From NCBI GenBank assembly GCA_026709025.1, contig JAPOTT010000010.1, forward strand, positions 20,658-84,657: a DNA stretch of 64,000 nt. The letters are read 5' to 3'. The stretch comes from a bacterium. Lineage in GTDB: Bacteria; Actinomycetota; Acidimicrobiia; Acidimicrobiales; Bin134. The position numbers were made by a program, and so were the translations under genes. The notes under the pieces were generated by a model. That model worked only from the letters and a program-made list of their open reading frames with translations. It ran no database searches and was not told where the DNA came from. This document shows positions 27,297 through 35,990 of this stretch, one piece after another (position 1 is the first letter of the stretch; each line of letters starts with the position of its first letter).

Positions 27297-29993
27297 ATGA
27301 CCGAAGGTGGGCGGTTGGTGGTTTTGACCTCGGCTGATTCCTATGAACTTACTGCTTCGCTGATTACGAGCTTGGCTGAATGGTGCGAAGCAGGGCTGCT
27401 GGGCTCTGTGGCTTGGGCCCCAGCTAGCGAGCTTGCAGCCGCGGGAGGGGATGCTCCATGTCATGTGAACATAGACGGGGAGTGGAGGCAGGCCACGCTT
27501 AGGCAAGCTATGGAGCGCCAACCTTTGGCGGAATTATGGCTGGCTGTCTTGCGTCACCCTCAGGGACACGGCATTGGCAGTGATGTGGTTGAGGCTCGCC
27601 GCACAGAAGAAGCTGCCCATGAAGCGGTAGGCGCTTTGCTTGCGGCAGGGATTACGTTTCGGTCATGTTCTGTAAGCATTGCGGGCAAAGGCCGTCAGAT
27701 CACCATCGCCGATTGCGCGCCCGTGTGGGATTTTCACTTGGTACACGACCTAGTTGCTATGGCCCATAGTTCTGCACCCGTGGAAGCAGCTGAGCGCAAG
27801 GCCCCGCTGGAGCTTTGTGCGATGGTGGCTTTAGGTGCGGGCGGTGGCTGGCGTGGCAGTCAACCACAACTAGATTTGCCTTCAGACAGAACTGACGGCC
27901 CCGTCAAGCCAGTGCGCTTTGTGCATTGCCAATTTCGCGTGTTGCAAGCACCCTCGTTGGCGAGCTTCGCTGTGCCAACATCGTTGCCCACAGCAGCCCC
28001 TTGGCCATTGCCGCATGAATCAGGCGTGCAGCGGGCGCTTCCGAGCACGGTTCCATCTCTGGTTGTGGCTGAATCTTTAGCTAAGGCATGTGGCTTTTTG
28101 TGCAAGCCATCTCCATATCGGCCCAATTCTGATTCCAGATGGGTGTTCACCCGCTGGTGGCGGGGTTTGCTGCGTCCTATTCCTAAGCCTGCCCCGCCTT
28201 CTGAATATGAACAGGCCCTTTTGCGGCTTGCCGAACGAACCGGGGGCGTGAAACCACAAAACTACAATCAAGAACTCAGCGAGCTTGTGCTACAAGGGGC
28301 TGCAGATCTGACTGGTTTGGTTTACCATGTTCGGCGCAGCGACTTTCCGTTGCCAAGTGGATCTTCTGGCGTAGCGCCTTCCTCACAGGAAACATGGCAA
28401 ACGCTTCGCTCCGCGATGTTTGGTTTGGTGGATGGTTCTACAATGCCATCTGGCATCCCCCACCCTTCAAAGGGTACGGGAAACGATGCTGTGCGCCTTG
28501 TGTGGACCGATCCAACAGCGTTGGCCCCACGCTGGGCACCAGCTAATGCCGCAGATATTCTGCTTGATGCTGCTGCTCCACTTGAAGATTATTTTCCCGA
28601 GGATTATTGGCCAGAAAATGAGGAGAAGCTAGGCGAGGAAAACGACGTTTTGATGACGCGGATGACCGGTTACATCCGCCAAGCTATTAGATCAGCAAAA
28701 CGCGGTTTTGTTGAGAATGCTGTGCTGCGGTCGGTCGGGAAGGAGTATAGCCAAGCGGTGCGAGCGCAGAGGGCTGTCCGTTTTGTGATAGCGGGCATGG
28801 GAGTATTGCTAGCGCTGATTTGCGTGTTTGCATTGGATCAGCGTTGGCCTTTTTTGGGTAACGCCTGGGAGTTCATCACCCGAACGCAGGCAAGGCGCAC
28901 CTATGATCCGCTTATATGGCCTGTTGGCTGGTTTGTGGTAGCGGGTTTGGTGCTTGCGGTGGGCGCAATTCTGATTGCCTATGCCTCTTGGTGGCTGTTG
29001 GTCAATCTTCGTCGTCTTGAGGAGGGAAATACACAGCGGGCGAGGTTTGGTTTCAACGCTTCTTACTACGCGTCTGAGATGTTGCGCTTGAATATGGTTA
29101 CCGAGCAATTTGTGGATCACAGGCTCATCATCACTGAGTTCTTGCATCGACCGTTTGGCAGGAAAAAGCATGGTGAAGAGGACGGACTCACAGCATCAGC
29201 AATGCAATGTACTGAACCCCCGCCGCCGGTGATGCTGGTGGCCTGCGCTGAGGCTGATCCAGCAGAGGTGGATGCTCGCCATCGACAACACTATGGAGAG
29301 GTAATAGAACAAGGCTGGCTAACCGGTGTGTACCAAGATGTGCTAGCAACATGGCATGAGAAGTATCGCCAGCGAATTCTGGGAGACTATGACGACCCAG
29401 ACAACGACACTTCTTCACCGGGTTTGGTGTTCCAAAAAGACCGCCATGATGGGAGTGATGTGTTTGGGGCTCGTTTTGACTTCACGGAGAGCGTGGTAGG
29501 TAGTGAGCGAGATTGGGAAGGCGGTTGGGTGGTTAGCTTTGACGGCACTGTGGAGTTGCCTACGGACGAAGATAATGAGCGAGACGGGAGAAGCGGTTGG
29601 GCGGTGCGTAGTGCTTATGAGGAGCGATTGAAAAGGCTTATAGAAAGTTCTAGTGGTGGTGTGGACGATATTTTGAAGCTGCTTTTGCCCCTTGAGCGGG
29701 TTTACGGCGCGTTTGGCAGCATCGGACACGATGCCGCTCAATTCTTGGATTTGAACGGGTTGTCCCACTGGTTCCATTGGAACGACTTGCTTTCTCCCGG
29801 GGCTAACGCTCCAGACATCCTTGAGCCTGTTATTTGTGAGCCGTGGTTGGTGTCGCAAACGGTGGGGGGAAGGTCGCTGGTTTTGGCTGCGCGCTTGGAT
29901 ATATCTGAGCCACTAAGACCCCAAGACCAAGTCGGCTGGCAGGGCAGCGGAGAAGGAAGAAGTGCTGATGTGTCAACTAGGCAGGTTGTGTGA
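27297..29993 (+). CDS. 898-aa membrane protein of unknown function (two central TM helices)
   Basis: Long ORF with GAGGGAG upstream of the ATG. Hydrophobic segments are 'FVIAGMGVLLALICVFAL' and 'WFVVAGLVLAVGAILIAYASWWLLV'. I recognise no domain. Confidence 0.55.
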   Translation: MTEGGRLVVLTSADSYELTASLITSLAEWCEAGLLGSVAWAPASELAAAGGDAPCHVNIDGEWRQATLRQAMERQPLAELWLAVLRHPQGHGIGSDVVEARRTEEAAHEAVGALLAAGITFRSCSVSIAGKGRQITIADCAPVWDFHLVHDLVAMAHSSAPVEAAERKAPLELCAMVALGAGGGWRGSQPQLDLPSDRTDGPVKPVRFVHCQFRVLQAPSLASFAVPTSLPTAAPWPLPHESGVQRALPSTVPSLVVAESLAKACGFLCKPSPYRPNSDSRWVFTRWWRGLLRPIPKPAPPSEYEQALLRLAERTGGVKPQNYNQELSELVLQGAADLTGLVYHVRRSDFPLPSGSSGVAPSSQETWQTLRSAMFGLVDGSTMPSGIPHPSKGTGNDAVRLVWTDPTALAPRWAPANAADILLDAAAPLEDYFPEDYWPENEEKLGEENDVLMTRMTGYIRQAIRSAKRGFVENAVLRSVGKEYSQAVRAQRAVRFVIAGMGVLLALICVFALDQRWPFLGNAWEFITRTQARRTYDPLIWPVGWFVVAGLVLAVGAILIAYASWWLLVNLRRLEEGNTQRARFGFNASYYASEMLRLNMVTEQFVDHRLIITEFLHRPFGRKKHGEEDGLTASAMQCTEPPPPVMLVACAEADPAEVDARHRQHYGEVIEQGWLTGVYQDVLATWHEKYRQRILGDYDDPDNDTSSPGLVFQKDRHDGSDVFGARFDFTESVVGSERDWEGGWVVSFDGTVELPTDEDNERDGRSGWAVRSAYEERLKRLIESSSGGVDDILKLLLPLERVYGAFGSIGHDAAQFLDLNGLSHWFHWNDLLSPGANAPDILEPVICEPWLVSQTVGGRSLVLAARLDISEPLRPQDQVGWQGSGEGRSADVSTRQVV

Positions 29994-30013
29994 GATTTCA
30001 GGAGGTACCACCG

Positions 30014-30709
30014 ATGCGTAATGTGTTAGCTGTTTTCCCCAGAGCCAGGTTAACCAGAGTTGTTGTGGCGCTGATTGTTATGGCGTTAGCGGTAGCAGGA
30101 TGTGCCCGGAATTGGCCCGAAGCATTCCCAGAGCCCTACACATGGCAGCAGCGTTCGGCCCCGCTTAACCTTTTGGGCGACCGGGATGAAGGCGTTGCGT
30201 ATGCGGTTTCGGCATACGCAATTGATCGGCCACCTCCTCCAGCAAGCGAGCAGGCCAAGTACCGTGACGATCGCAGAACGCCGTCACGCTTAGATGTCAT
30301 TTGCGTGGATGATGACAGCGACGGTTACGGACGGTTGTCCATAAGCCTGAGCTTGTCGGAGCCGGTGCTGCGCTTGTGGCATCCCCGCGAATGGGAGAGA
30401 TGGGTTTTGAGCTTTCCAGATGCTACCGAGATTTCTGTGCCGTTAGGCCCCTCAGAGGAGTTGGAAGAAAATGAGGATGGGCTGGATTTTGGTTTTGTCC
30501 CCTACATTCACAGTGAGCAACGGGTGGGACAGGTCATGGATGAGTTTCGGCGTGCTTCGGGCCGTGAAAACACTGAGTTGACGGTTCGGGCCGATTTTCT
30601 ATCTGGAGAAGATAAGCCACCGTTGGAGTGGAGGTTTGATCTGGGGCCATCTTCTGGAGCTGACGAACTGCTGAAGAACCTAGTGGAAGTATGCGGAGGG
30701 GTGTGGTGA
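30014..30709 (+). CDS. lipoprotein, unknown function (paralogue 1)
   Basis: GGAGG lies 8 nt upstream of ATG 30014. Signal and lipobox 'ALIVMALAVAGC'. It shares 'L-x-VIC-x-D' and C-terminal 'L-x-E-x-CG' blocks with the next gene. The track start at 29990 would give a GTGA overlap. Confidence 0.6.
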   Translation: MRNVLAVFPRARLTRVVVALIVMALAVAGCARNWPEAFPEPYTWQQRSAPLNLLGDRDEGVAYAVSAYAIDRPPPPASEQAKYRDDRRTPSRLDVICVDDDSDGYGRLSISLSLSEPVLRLWHPREWERWVLSFPDATEISVPLGPSEELEENEDGLDFGFVPYIHSEQRVGQVMDEFRRASGRENTELTVRADFLSGEDKPPLEWRFDLGPSSGADELLKNLVEVCGGVW

Positions 30710-31440
30710 GACGTTTTGTAGTTGTATTCTGCGGGTTAGCTCTTGTTGTTTTTATGGCTACGGGCTGTGCTCTGTTCAATGACACCGCTAGGTCTGAGTC
30801 TAAAGATGGTCGCCCTGCTCGTGTGGCGATAGAGCCGCAGGGCATCTTCGTTGAAACCTCGTGTGTGGGATACCGCGGTGAAGGAGGATCTGTGTTCTAC
30901 AATAAGTATGAACACACAAGTTCAATTGCCGCACGCAGCCAGCTATGCCCCATTAGCAATGACAGCAGTGGCAGTTGGCGGGTGTCAGAGGACATCAGCA
31001 TAGATGCTGATGTGGACACCCTCAGGCTAATCGCCGATTTGGAAGCCGCTAGGTATAGCATCAGCAGGTCCTGGCCAGTGCCGCCGAAGTTGAGGGTGAT
31101 CTGTTGGGACCGAACCGATAATGCTCCCGGATCTTTGGGTGTTGGTCTTTCTCACTACGGCCCACCCCACAATTTTGCGGGCACAGTTGCATCTATGTAT
31201 AGCTTCAATGGCGGGCAATGGCATTCCGTGGAAATGTTTGCTAGTGACCTAGAAGCAGAGGCGGTTTGGTTTTCCTCCGAATCGTCCGCCCGTAAGTTCC
31301 TTAGAGAGATGATGAAAACCAACGAAGAAACCGGTTTTGGGTTAGCCTTTGAGATTGAAGATGGCAGCATCCAATTTGATGTCTCCGGCTGGGAAAAAGC
31401 AGTCAAACCACTACTAGAAGAATGCGGCCACACCTTCTAA
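30691..31440 (+). CDS. lipoprotein, unknown function (paralogue 2)
   Basis: Signal and lipobox 'LALVVFMATGC'. 'KLRVICWDRTD..GSLGVGLSH' and 'VKPLLEECGHTF' align with 'RLDVICVDDDS..GRLSISLSL' and 'LKNLVEVCGGVW' of the preceding gene. Confidence 0.6.
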   Translation: MRRGVVRRFVVVFCGLALVVFMATGCALFNDTARSESKDGRPARVAIEPQGIFVETSCVGYRGEGGSVFYNKYEHTSSIAARSQLCPISNDSSGSWRVSEDISIDADVDTLRLIADLEAARYSISRSWPVPPKLRVICWDRTDNAPGSLGVGLSHYGPPHNFAGTVASMYSFNGGQWHSVEMFASDLEAEAVWFSSESSARKFLREMMKTNEETGFGLAFEIEDGSIQFDVSGWEKAVKPLLEECGHTF

Positions 31441-31479
31441 AAATCGACAATTAACTAACCCTCCGAAAGGAAATGAAAA

Positions 31480-31824
31480 ATGACCAACGAGGAACTTGCG
31501 AGCCTACCTGCAGATTTTAGCAAGCTGTCTCCTACGGTGGCGATGGCGATAGGGAACATGAGCGCAGGTCAGCGTGATGTGTTCGACCATGAGTACCGTC
31601 GCGCTAAGCGTAGTACCGTAGTTATGGTTCTTTTGGCGGTGCTCTTCCCGATTCAGTTCTTCCTTTTGGATAAGACTGGACTAGGTGTCATCTATTGGTT
31701 GACGTTCGGGTTCTTAGGAATCGGATGGGTTGTGTTCTGGTTTGTGACACCTAGCATGGTCAAGGAGTATAATGAGCAGAAGGCCAATGAAATCATCCGC
31801 AACATTCGCTATGCCGCTGGCTGA
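31480..31824 (+). CDS. TM2-like domain membrane protein
   Basis: 114 aa. 'VVMVLLAVLFPIQFFLLDKTGLGVIYWLTFGFLGIGWVVFWFV' has the two-helix TM2 architecture, but the usual GxHxFY core is diverged. Confidence 0.45.
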   Translation: MTNEELASLPADFSKLSPTVAMAIGNMSAGQRDVFDHEYRRAKRSTVVMVLLAVLFPIQFFLLDKTGLGVIYWLTFGFLGIGWVVFWFVTPSMVKEYNEQKANEIIRNIRYAAG

Positions 31825-31837
31825 ACTAAACAGTTGG

Positions 31838-32335
31838 TTAGATGATGTGGTCGCCGAGGGCTTCTAGCATGTCTTCGCGGGATTCTTCTAGTAGTTCGGC
31901 TTTGGCTGAGCTTGCGTAACGGACAGCCGCAGCGAGGCGTTTTGCTACACGCTTGCTGAACTGTCCACCATGGCTGAGGCTGATTACGTCGGCATACATG
32001 ACGGTGCCTGCGGCCCACCAGTTTTCGCAGTTTTTGTACTCCTTAATTGCTATTTGGGCATTGCGACGAGCTTTTACGATGTCATACAGATCGTATGTGG
32101 CAGATTCCTCGGCCATCTCCTTTGGCGCATCCCATGCAAAGAGCATCAACTCAAAGAGCCTTACCTGTTCCCATCCCTCAGCAGGGCGGGGTAAAGGACT
32201 CAACATCACATCTATTAGTTCTGTGTCGCGGTTCAAAATTTCGCGTAGAACCTGTAGGTTTTTCCTCATCAGCCAGATGGTCGTGGGTATCAAAACAACC
32301 ATATAGCAGATCACCATCAACAAAGTTGCATCCAT
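31838..32335 (-). CDS. hypothetical protein with N-terminal TM helix
   Basis: 165-aa ORF convergent with the operon. It has an AT-rich upstream region (32336-32455). No family recognised. Confidence 0.4.
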   Translation of the reverse strand: MDATLLMVICYMVVLIPTTIWLMRKNLQVLREILNRDTELIDVMLSPLPRPAEGWEQVRLFELMLFAWDAPKEMAEESATYDLYDIVKARRNAQIAIKEYKNCENWWAAGTVMYADVISLSHGGQFSKRVAKRLAAAVRYASSAKAELLEESREDMLEALGDHII

Positions 32336-32455
32336 TGGACTTCCTCCATTTATTCGGGATAAATCAAGTTGTTGAAACGGGGGAAGCTTCGATTAGGAAT
32401 GTAACGGAGTTTTCTGTGGCTGTCAATACCCAATTTTATCTATTTGAAAAGCTGA

Positions 32456-33766
32456 TCATCTAGATTTGCTCAGAGCTGGAGCTTGGGTTTCTTGCTTGTG
32501 CTGCGTGGTCATGTTCTTCCATAAGTTGGTGTCGCGCTCATCAGCAGGGCGCCCGACGTATGTTCTTACATCCACATCGGGCGATTCAGCCCGCAGTGCC
32601 GCCACGGTACACTTTTTGGGTGACCGGTAGGCGAAGGGGTCAAACTGGTAGTGGTGCATGGCATTGAGGTGGGTGATCTTGGCCACAGTTTCTTCGGGCA
32701 AGCCGTCAAATAGCTCAGCTGCTGCCTCTGGTGATTTGGGCCAGCTGCCATCGGAGTGGGGGTAATCCGACTCCCAGAACAGGTTGTCAACGTTGAACTC
32801 GTCTAAGAGCTTCACCCCAATGCGGTCGTTGATAAAGCAACACAAGATGTGCTTTTTGAATACATCAGTAGGCCCACTGTTGATGCCAAAATCATGCTTT
32901 GTCCAGCCCGAATGGCGTTCTTGGACATGCTCGGCTCGCCATAAGAAGTAGGGGATCCAGCCAATGTCGCCCTCGGTGAGGGATATACGCAGATTGGGGA
33001 AGCGCTCCCAAAAATCAGCCCATACCAGCTCTACCAGCGTGGAGGTGGTGAGAATTGACGAGAGGGTTAAACCTACGCTAACTGGGGCATCGGTTGAGAA
33101 GTCTATCGACCGCGACGAAGACCCGAGGTGGCAGCACAACACGGTGCCCAAATCGCTACAAGTAGCAAAGAGCGGATCCCAAGCTCCCGAGTGGATTGAT
33201 GGCATCCCTAGCATGGATGGGTTCTCGGAGAAGGTAATTGCATGGCAGCCCTTGTTGGCCAACCGTTTCACCTCAGCTACTGCCCGATCTATGTCAAACA
33301 CCGGCAGGATGCCACACGGGATGAAGCGGTCGGGATAGGCCCCGGCCCACTCGTCCACATGCCAATCGTTGTAGGCCTTGATCATGATGTCGTTGATTTT
33401 GGGATCGGGGCCTTCGTTTAGCACTTGGCCAGAGAATCCGGTCCAGTTGGGGAAGTTTAAGCTGCCAAGCTGCCCACCAGCGTTCATATCCCGCACTCGT
33501 TCATGTACGTTGTAGCAGCCGGGTCGCATCTCGTCGTAGCGGCTAGCATCTACGTTGTAGTTCTCCCGGGGCTTGCCAGCTACTGCGTTCAGTCCCAAGT
33601 TTCGCCCCGGCAGCGCACCGTACACCCACTTTTCGCGCCCGTTTTCGTCTGTAATCACCTTAGGGGCGTATTTTTTGTACTTCTCTGGCACATGGCTCTC
33701 AAACATGTCTGCTGGTTCAGCGATATGGTCGTCCACGCTGATCAAGATGAGGTTGTTGGGATCCAT
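32456..33766 (-). CDS. amidohydrolase family protein (amidohydrolase_2/ACMSD-like metal-dependent hydrolase)
   Basis: 'LISVDDHIAEPADMFESHVPEKY', '..AITFSENP', 'LCCHLGSS' and 'WESDYPHSDGSWP' are typical of this TIM-barrel hydrolase family. Confidence 0.75.
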   Translation of the reverse strand: MDPNNLILISVDDHIAEPADMFESHVPEKYKKYAPKVITDENGREKWVYGALPGRNLGLNAVAGKPRENYNVDASRYDEMRPGCYNVHERVRDMNAGGQLGSLNFPNWTGFSGQVLNEGPDPKINDIMIKAYNDWHVDEWAGAYPDRFIPCGILPVFDIDRAVAEVKRLANKGCHAITFSENPSMLGMPSIHSGAWDPLFATCSDLGTVLCCHLGSSSRSIDFSTDAPVSVGLTLSSILTTSTLVELVWADFWERFPNLRISLTEGDIGWIPYFLWRAEHVQERHSGWTKHDFGINSGPTDVFKKHILCCFINDRIGVKLLDEFNVDNLFWESDYPHSDGSWPKSPEAAAELFDGLPEETVAKITHLNAMHHYQFDPFAYRSPKKCTVAALRAESPDVDVRTYVGRPADERDTNLWKNMTTQHKQETQAPALSKSR

Positions 33767-33869
33767 GGTGCTCCTTACAGATTGTTGGGCAGCGATGGTA
33801 TGAGCAATGACCGTAGCAGGTAGGGCTTTTTCAGCGGCAAAAATGTCGGCAATTTAGAGGTGTGGATGG

Positions 33870-34760
33870 TTAGAGGTTGAGTTGGGCTTGGCGTAGGTCG
33901 GCGAAGCTGAACAGTTGTGCCCCGCTTTTAGCGATAGCATTTGGCAGCCACTCATCGTGGGCTAGCAACAGGTATTGCTCTACCCGCTGTAGCCAGCCTG
34001 GGCCCATCTCGCGCAGCTCTGGGGTGTCTAGCGCGGGCGACAGCACGATTTCAGTTACTTGGGTTTCTAGGTTTTCTAAGAGATATTCTAGGTTTTGGCG
34101 AATCGCAGTGGTGCCTATGTTTACAGAATGGTCGGGGGCGAGCACTCCTGCTTCAGCGGCCAAGCGGCGAAATGGGAATCCCGCACGACGTTCTTGGCTA
34201 GCGCTGCCTAAACGCACGGGCAAGCGCATCTCTATAGCCAAATCTAGGTAAGCGCCAAAGAACTCAGGGCGCATAAGCAAAGTGTTCATGTGAGTGCCGA
34301 GGTGGGTGATGGTGCAACCCCACCCAGCGGCCCGTTCAATTTGGGCGCGGCATTCTCTTAGCACTTCATCAGTGTCACAGTGTTCCCAAGAGTCCTCTGG
34401 CGTGCGGGGGAAGCCACCATCGCCATCTAAAAGCGAGGGTGCCTGGGTAATTGGGCCCCAGCGATAGTTGTCAAACTCGGCGTTGAGGGTGAGGCACACA
34501 CCCATTGGATAGCCCGTAAATCTGGCAGCCGCATCACGAGACCAAGCGCAAGGCACCATCAGTTCCGCAGATGTGGGTACTGCAGATTGAAAGCACTCAG
34601 CTATGGCAGCATTAGCAGCATGCGATTGCCCTAGCTTGGTGCAGGTCAAGATAATCGCCGGGATATTAGTTTTCCCACCTAGTGTCTCTAGCAGTTCGCT
34701 CACCTGCAACAAGCTACCGCTTAGATGGTGCAGAGGTAACCTTTGAGGGCTTTGATTCAA
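33870..34760 (-). CDS. ChbG/YdjC-like family protein with substituted catalytic positions (putative)
   Basis: Collinear by eye with E. coli ChbG: 'IILTCTKLGQSHAANAAIAECF..VPTSAELMVP' vs '[32 protein letters not shown]', and 'THLGTHMNTL' vs 'THLDSHHHVH'. The TTG start overlaps the nuclease stop. Confidence 0.35.
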   Translation of the reverse strand: MNQSPQRLPLHHLSGSLLQVSELLETLGGKTNIPAIILTCTKLGQSHAANAAIAECFQSAVPTSAELMVPCAWSRDAAARFTGYPMGVCLTLNAEFDNYRWGPITQAPSLLDGDGGFPRTPEDSWEHCDTDEVLRECRAQIERAAGWGCTITHLGTHMNTLLMRPEFFGAYLDLAIEMRLPVRLGSASQERRAGFPFRRLAAEAGVLAPDHSVNIGTTAIRQNLEYLLENLETQVTEIVLSPALDTPELREMGPGWLQRVEQYLLLAHDEWLPNAIAKSGAQLFSFADLRQAQLNL

Positions 34761-35398
34761 ATTCGAACATCAGCATTTCCGCAGCTACTCCAAAGGCCCA
34801 ACCCTTCTTGGCGGGCAGTGTGGGCCGCCGTGTAGAAGTGATCGGCATAGATATTGTTGGGTTCAATGATCAGGGCTTCGGCATAACCCTGAGAAACGAT
34901 CTCTAGGTTAACAAACAAACCGTCTGTGGCACGGTGGATGTATACCAAAAGACGCCCGTAGCGGTCGCGGGGTTGTTGATCGCGGGTTAAAAGCACTTGT
35001 GTGCCCACAGGTAGTAGTAATTTGGTGAACACGCTGGCTTCATCGCCAAAGCACTCTGCGGGCAAGATGCCACCGGTGGCTTCGGGTGTGTCTATGCCGA
35101 TAAGCCGCACCCGTTCGGTATTACCGGACAGCTTTACATCTACCGTATCGCCGTCTAGCACCTCAACTATGGTGGCAACAGCACCAGAAACCTCTGCGCT
35201 AGCTGTGGGCTCGACCTCATCTGTGGCTTTGCCTGTGAGGCTGTTGTTTCCTAAACCGCATCCAGTTAGCACCAAACATCCCAGCACTACCACCGCTATC
35301 ACCGCTATGTGCTGTGCTATAGGCACAGGTAGCAGCAGCAGCTTTTTGGGAGGGCTCACGCAGCTTGGGGATAGTTGGTGTTGGACGATGCGATGCAT
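34757..35398 (-). CDS. thermonuclease (staphylococcal nuclease-like) lipoprotein
   Basis: Lipobox 'LVLTGC' and the SNase core 'VLDGDTVDVKLSGNTERVRLIGIDTPE...RDRYGRLLVYI'. Confidence 0.8.
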   Translation of the reverse strand: MHRIVQHQLSPSCVSPPKKLLLLPVPIAQHIAVIAVVVLGCLVLTGCGLGNNSLTGKATDEVEPTASAEVSGAVATIVEVLDGDTVDVKLSGNTERVRLIGIDTPEATGGILPAECFGDEASVFTKLLLPVGTQVLLTRDQQPRDRYGRLLVYIHRATDGLFVNLEIVSQGYAEALIIEPNNIYADHFYTAAHTARQEGLGLWSSCGNADVRI

Positions 35399-35615
35399 GC
35401 TGTGCTGTATGTGCTGTCTGGGTTGTCTGGTGCAGACACCGGACGATGTTGTTTTAGCGCGGCACGAGCCTGAGCAAGCCCACGGCGACCAATTTGTTTG
35501 GTGAGGTCGTCAATGCGCCAATCTTGATGCCATGTTTGGCTGGGTTCGGGTACTTCGATAAGGGTGAGTTGTATGTTCATGTCACCATTGTCCCGAAGGG
35601 AGTGACAGTTTGGGT

Positions 35616-35990
35616 CTAGCTAAGACGATTGGTGCCCTTCATGGAGCGATAAACCTCTAGAAGCGCTGCTTTTTGCTCATCAGAGAGGCTCACGTCGGCC
35701 CGTATAGAGGCTTCGGTGTCGTTGCTGTCATCGCTGAAGTGGCCGTTTTGTTCGCTGATGCCTGCTGCTTGGGCTAGGAGCGTTTCAGCTGACAGGTTGA
35801 GGGCTTTGGCTAAAGATTTGATCACCCGCACCGATGGCTGATGCAAACCTCTCTCTAGTTGGCTCAGGTAAGGGTTAGACACCTGTGCTAGGTCGGAGAG
35901 TTCCCGAAGGGTGAGTTGAGCCAGCTTGCGTTGGCTACGCAAGTAGGCCCCGAAAGCCTCAAATGCGGCTTCGTTCATGGACATTGTCAT
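35616..35990 (-). CDS. XRE-family helix-turn-helix transcriptional regulator
   Basis: 'LTLRELSDLAQVSNPYLSQLERGLHQPSVRVIKSLAKALN' is a canonical Cro/C1 HTH. It overlaps the upstream dehydrogenase gene by 4 nt. Confidence 0.8.
   Translation of the reverse strand: MTMSMNEAAFEAFGAYLRSQRKLAQLTLRELSDLAQVSNPYLSQLERGLHQPSVRVIKSLAKALNLSAETLLAQAAGISEQNGHFSDDSNDTEASIRADVSLSDEQKAALLEVYRSMKGTNRLS

Noticed and set aside
20400-32460. Calling the tubulin-like/vWA block a mobile element or defence island.
   Set aside because: No integrase, transposase, recombinase, flanking direct repeats or tRNA boundary were found at either edge. Only a rough compositional hint exists, which is reported separately as a low-interest finding.
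35356-35580. 74-aa ORF upstream of and overlapping the thermonuclease start.
   Set aside because: No recognisable family, it overlaps the nuclease signal-peptide region, and coding support is weak. It could be real but cannot be supported.
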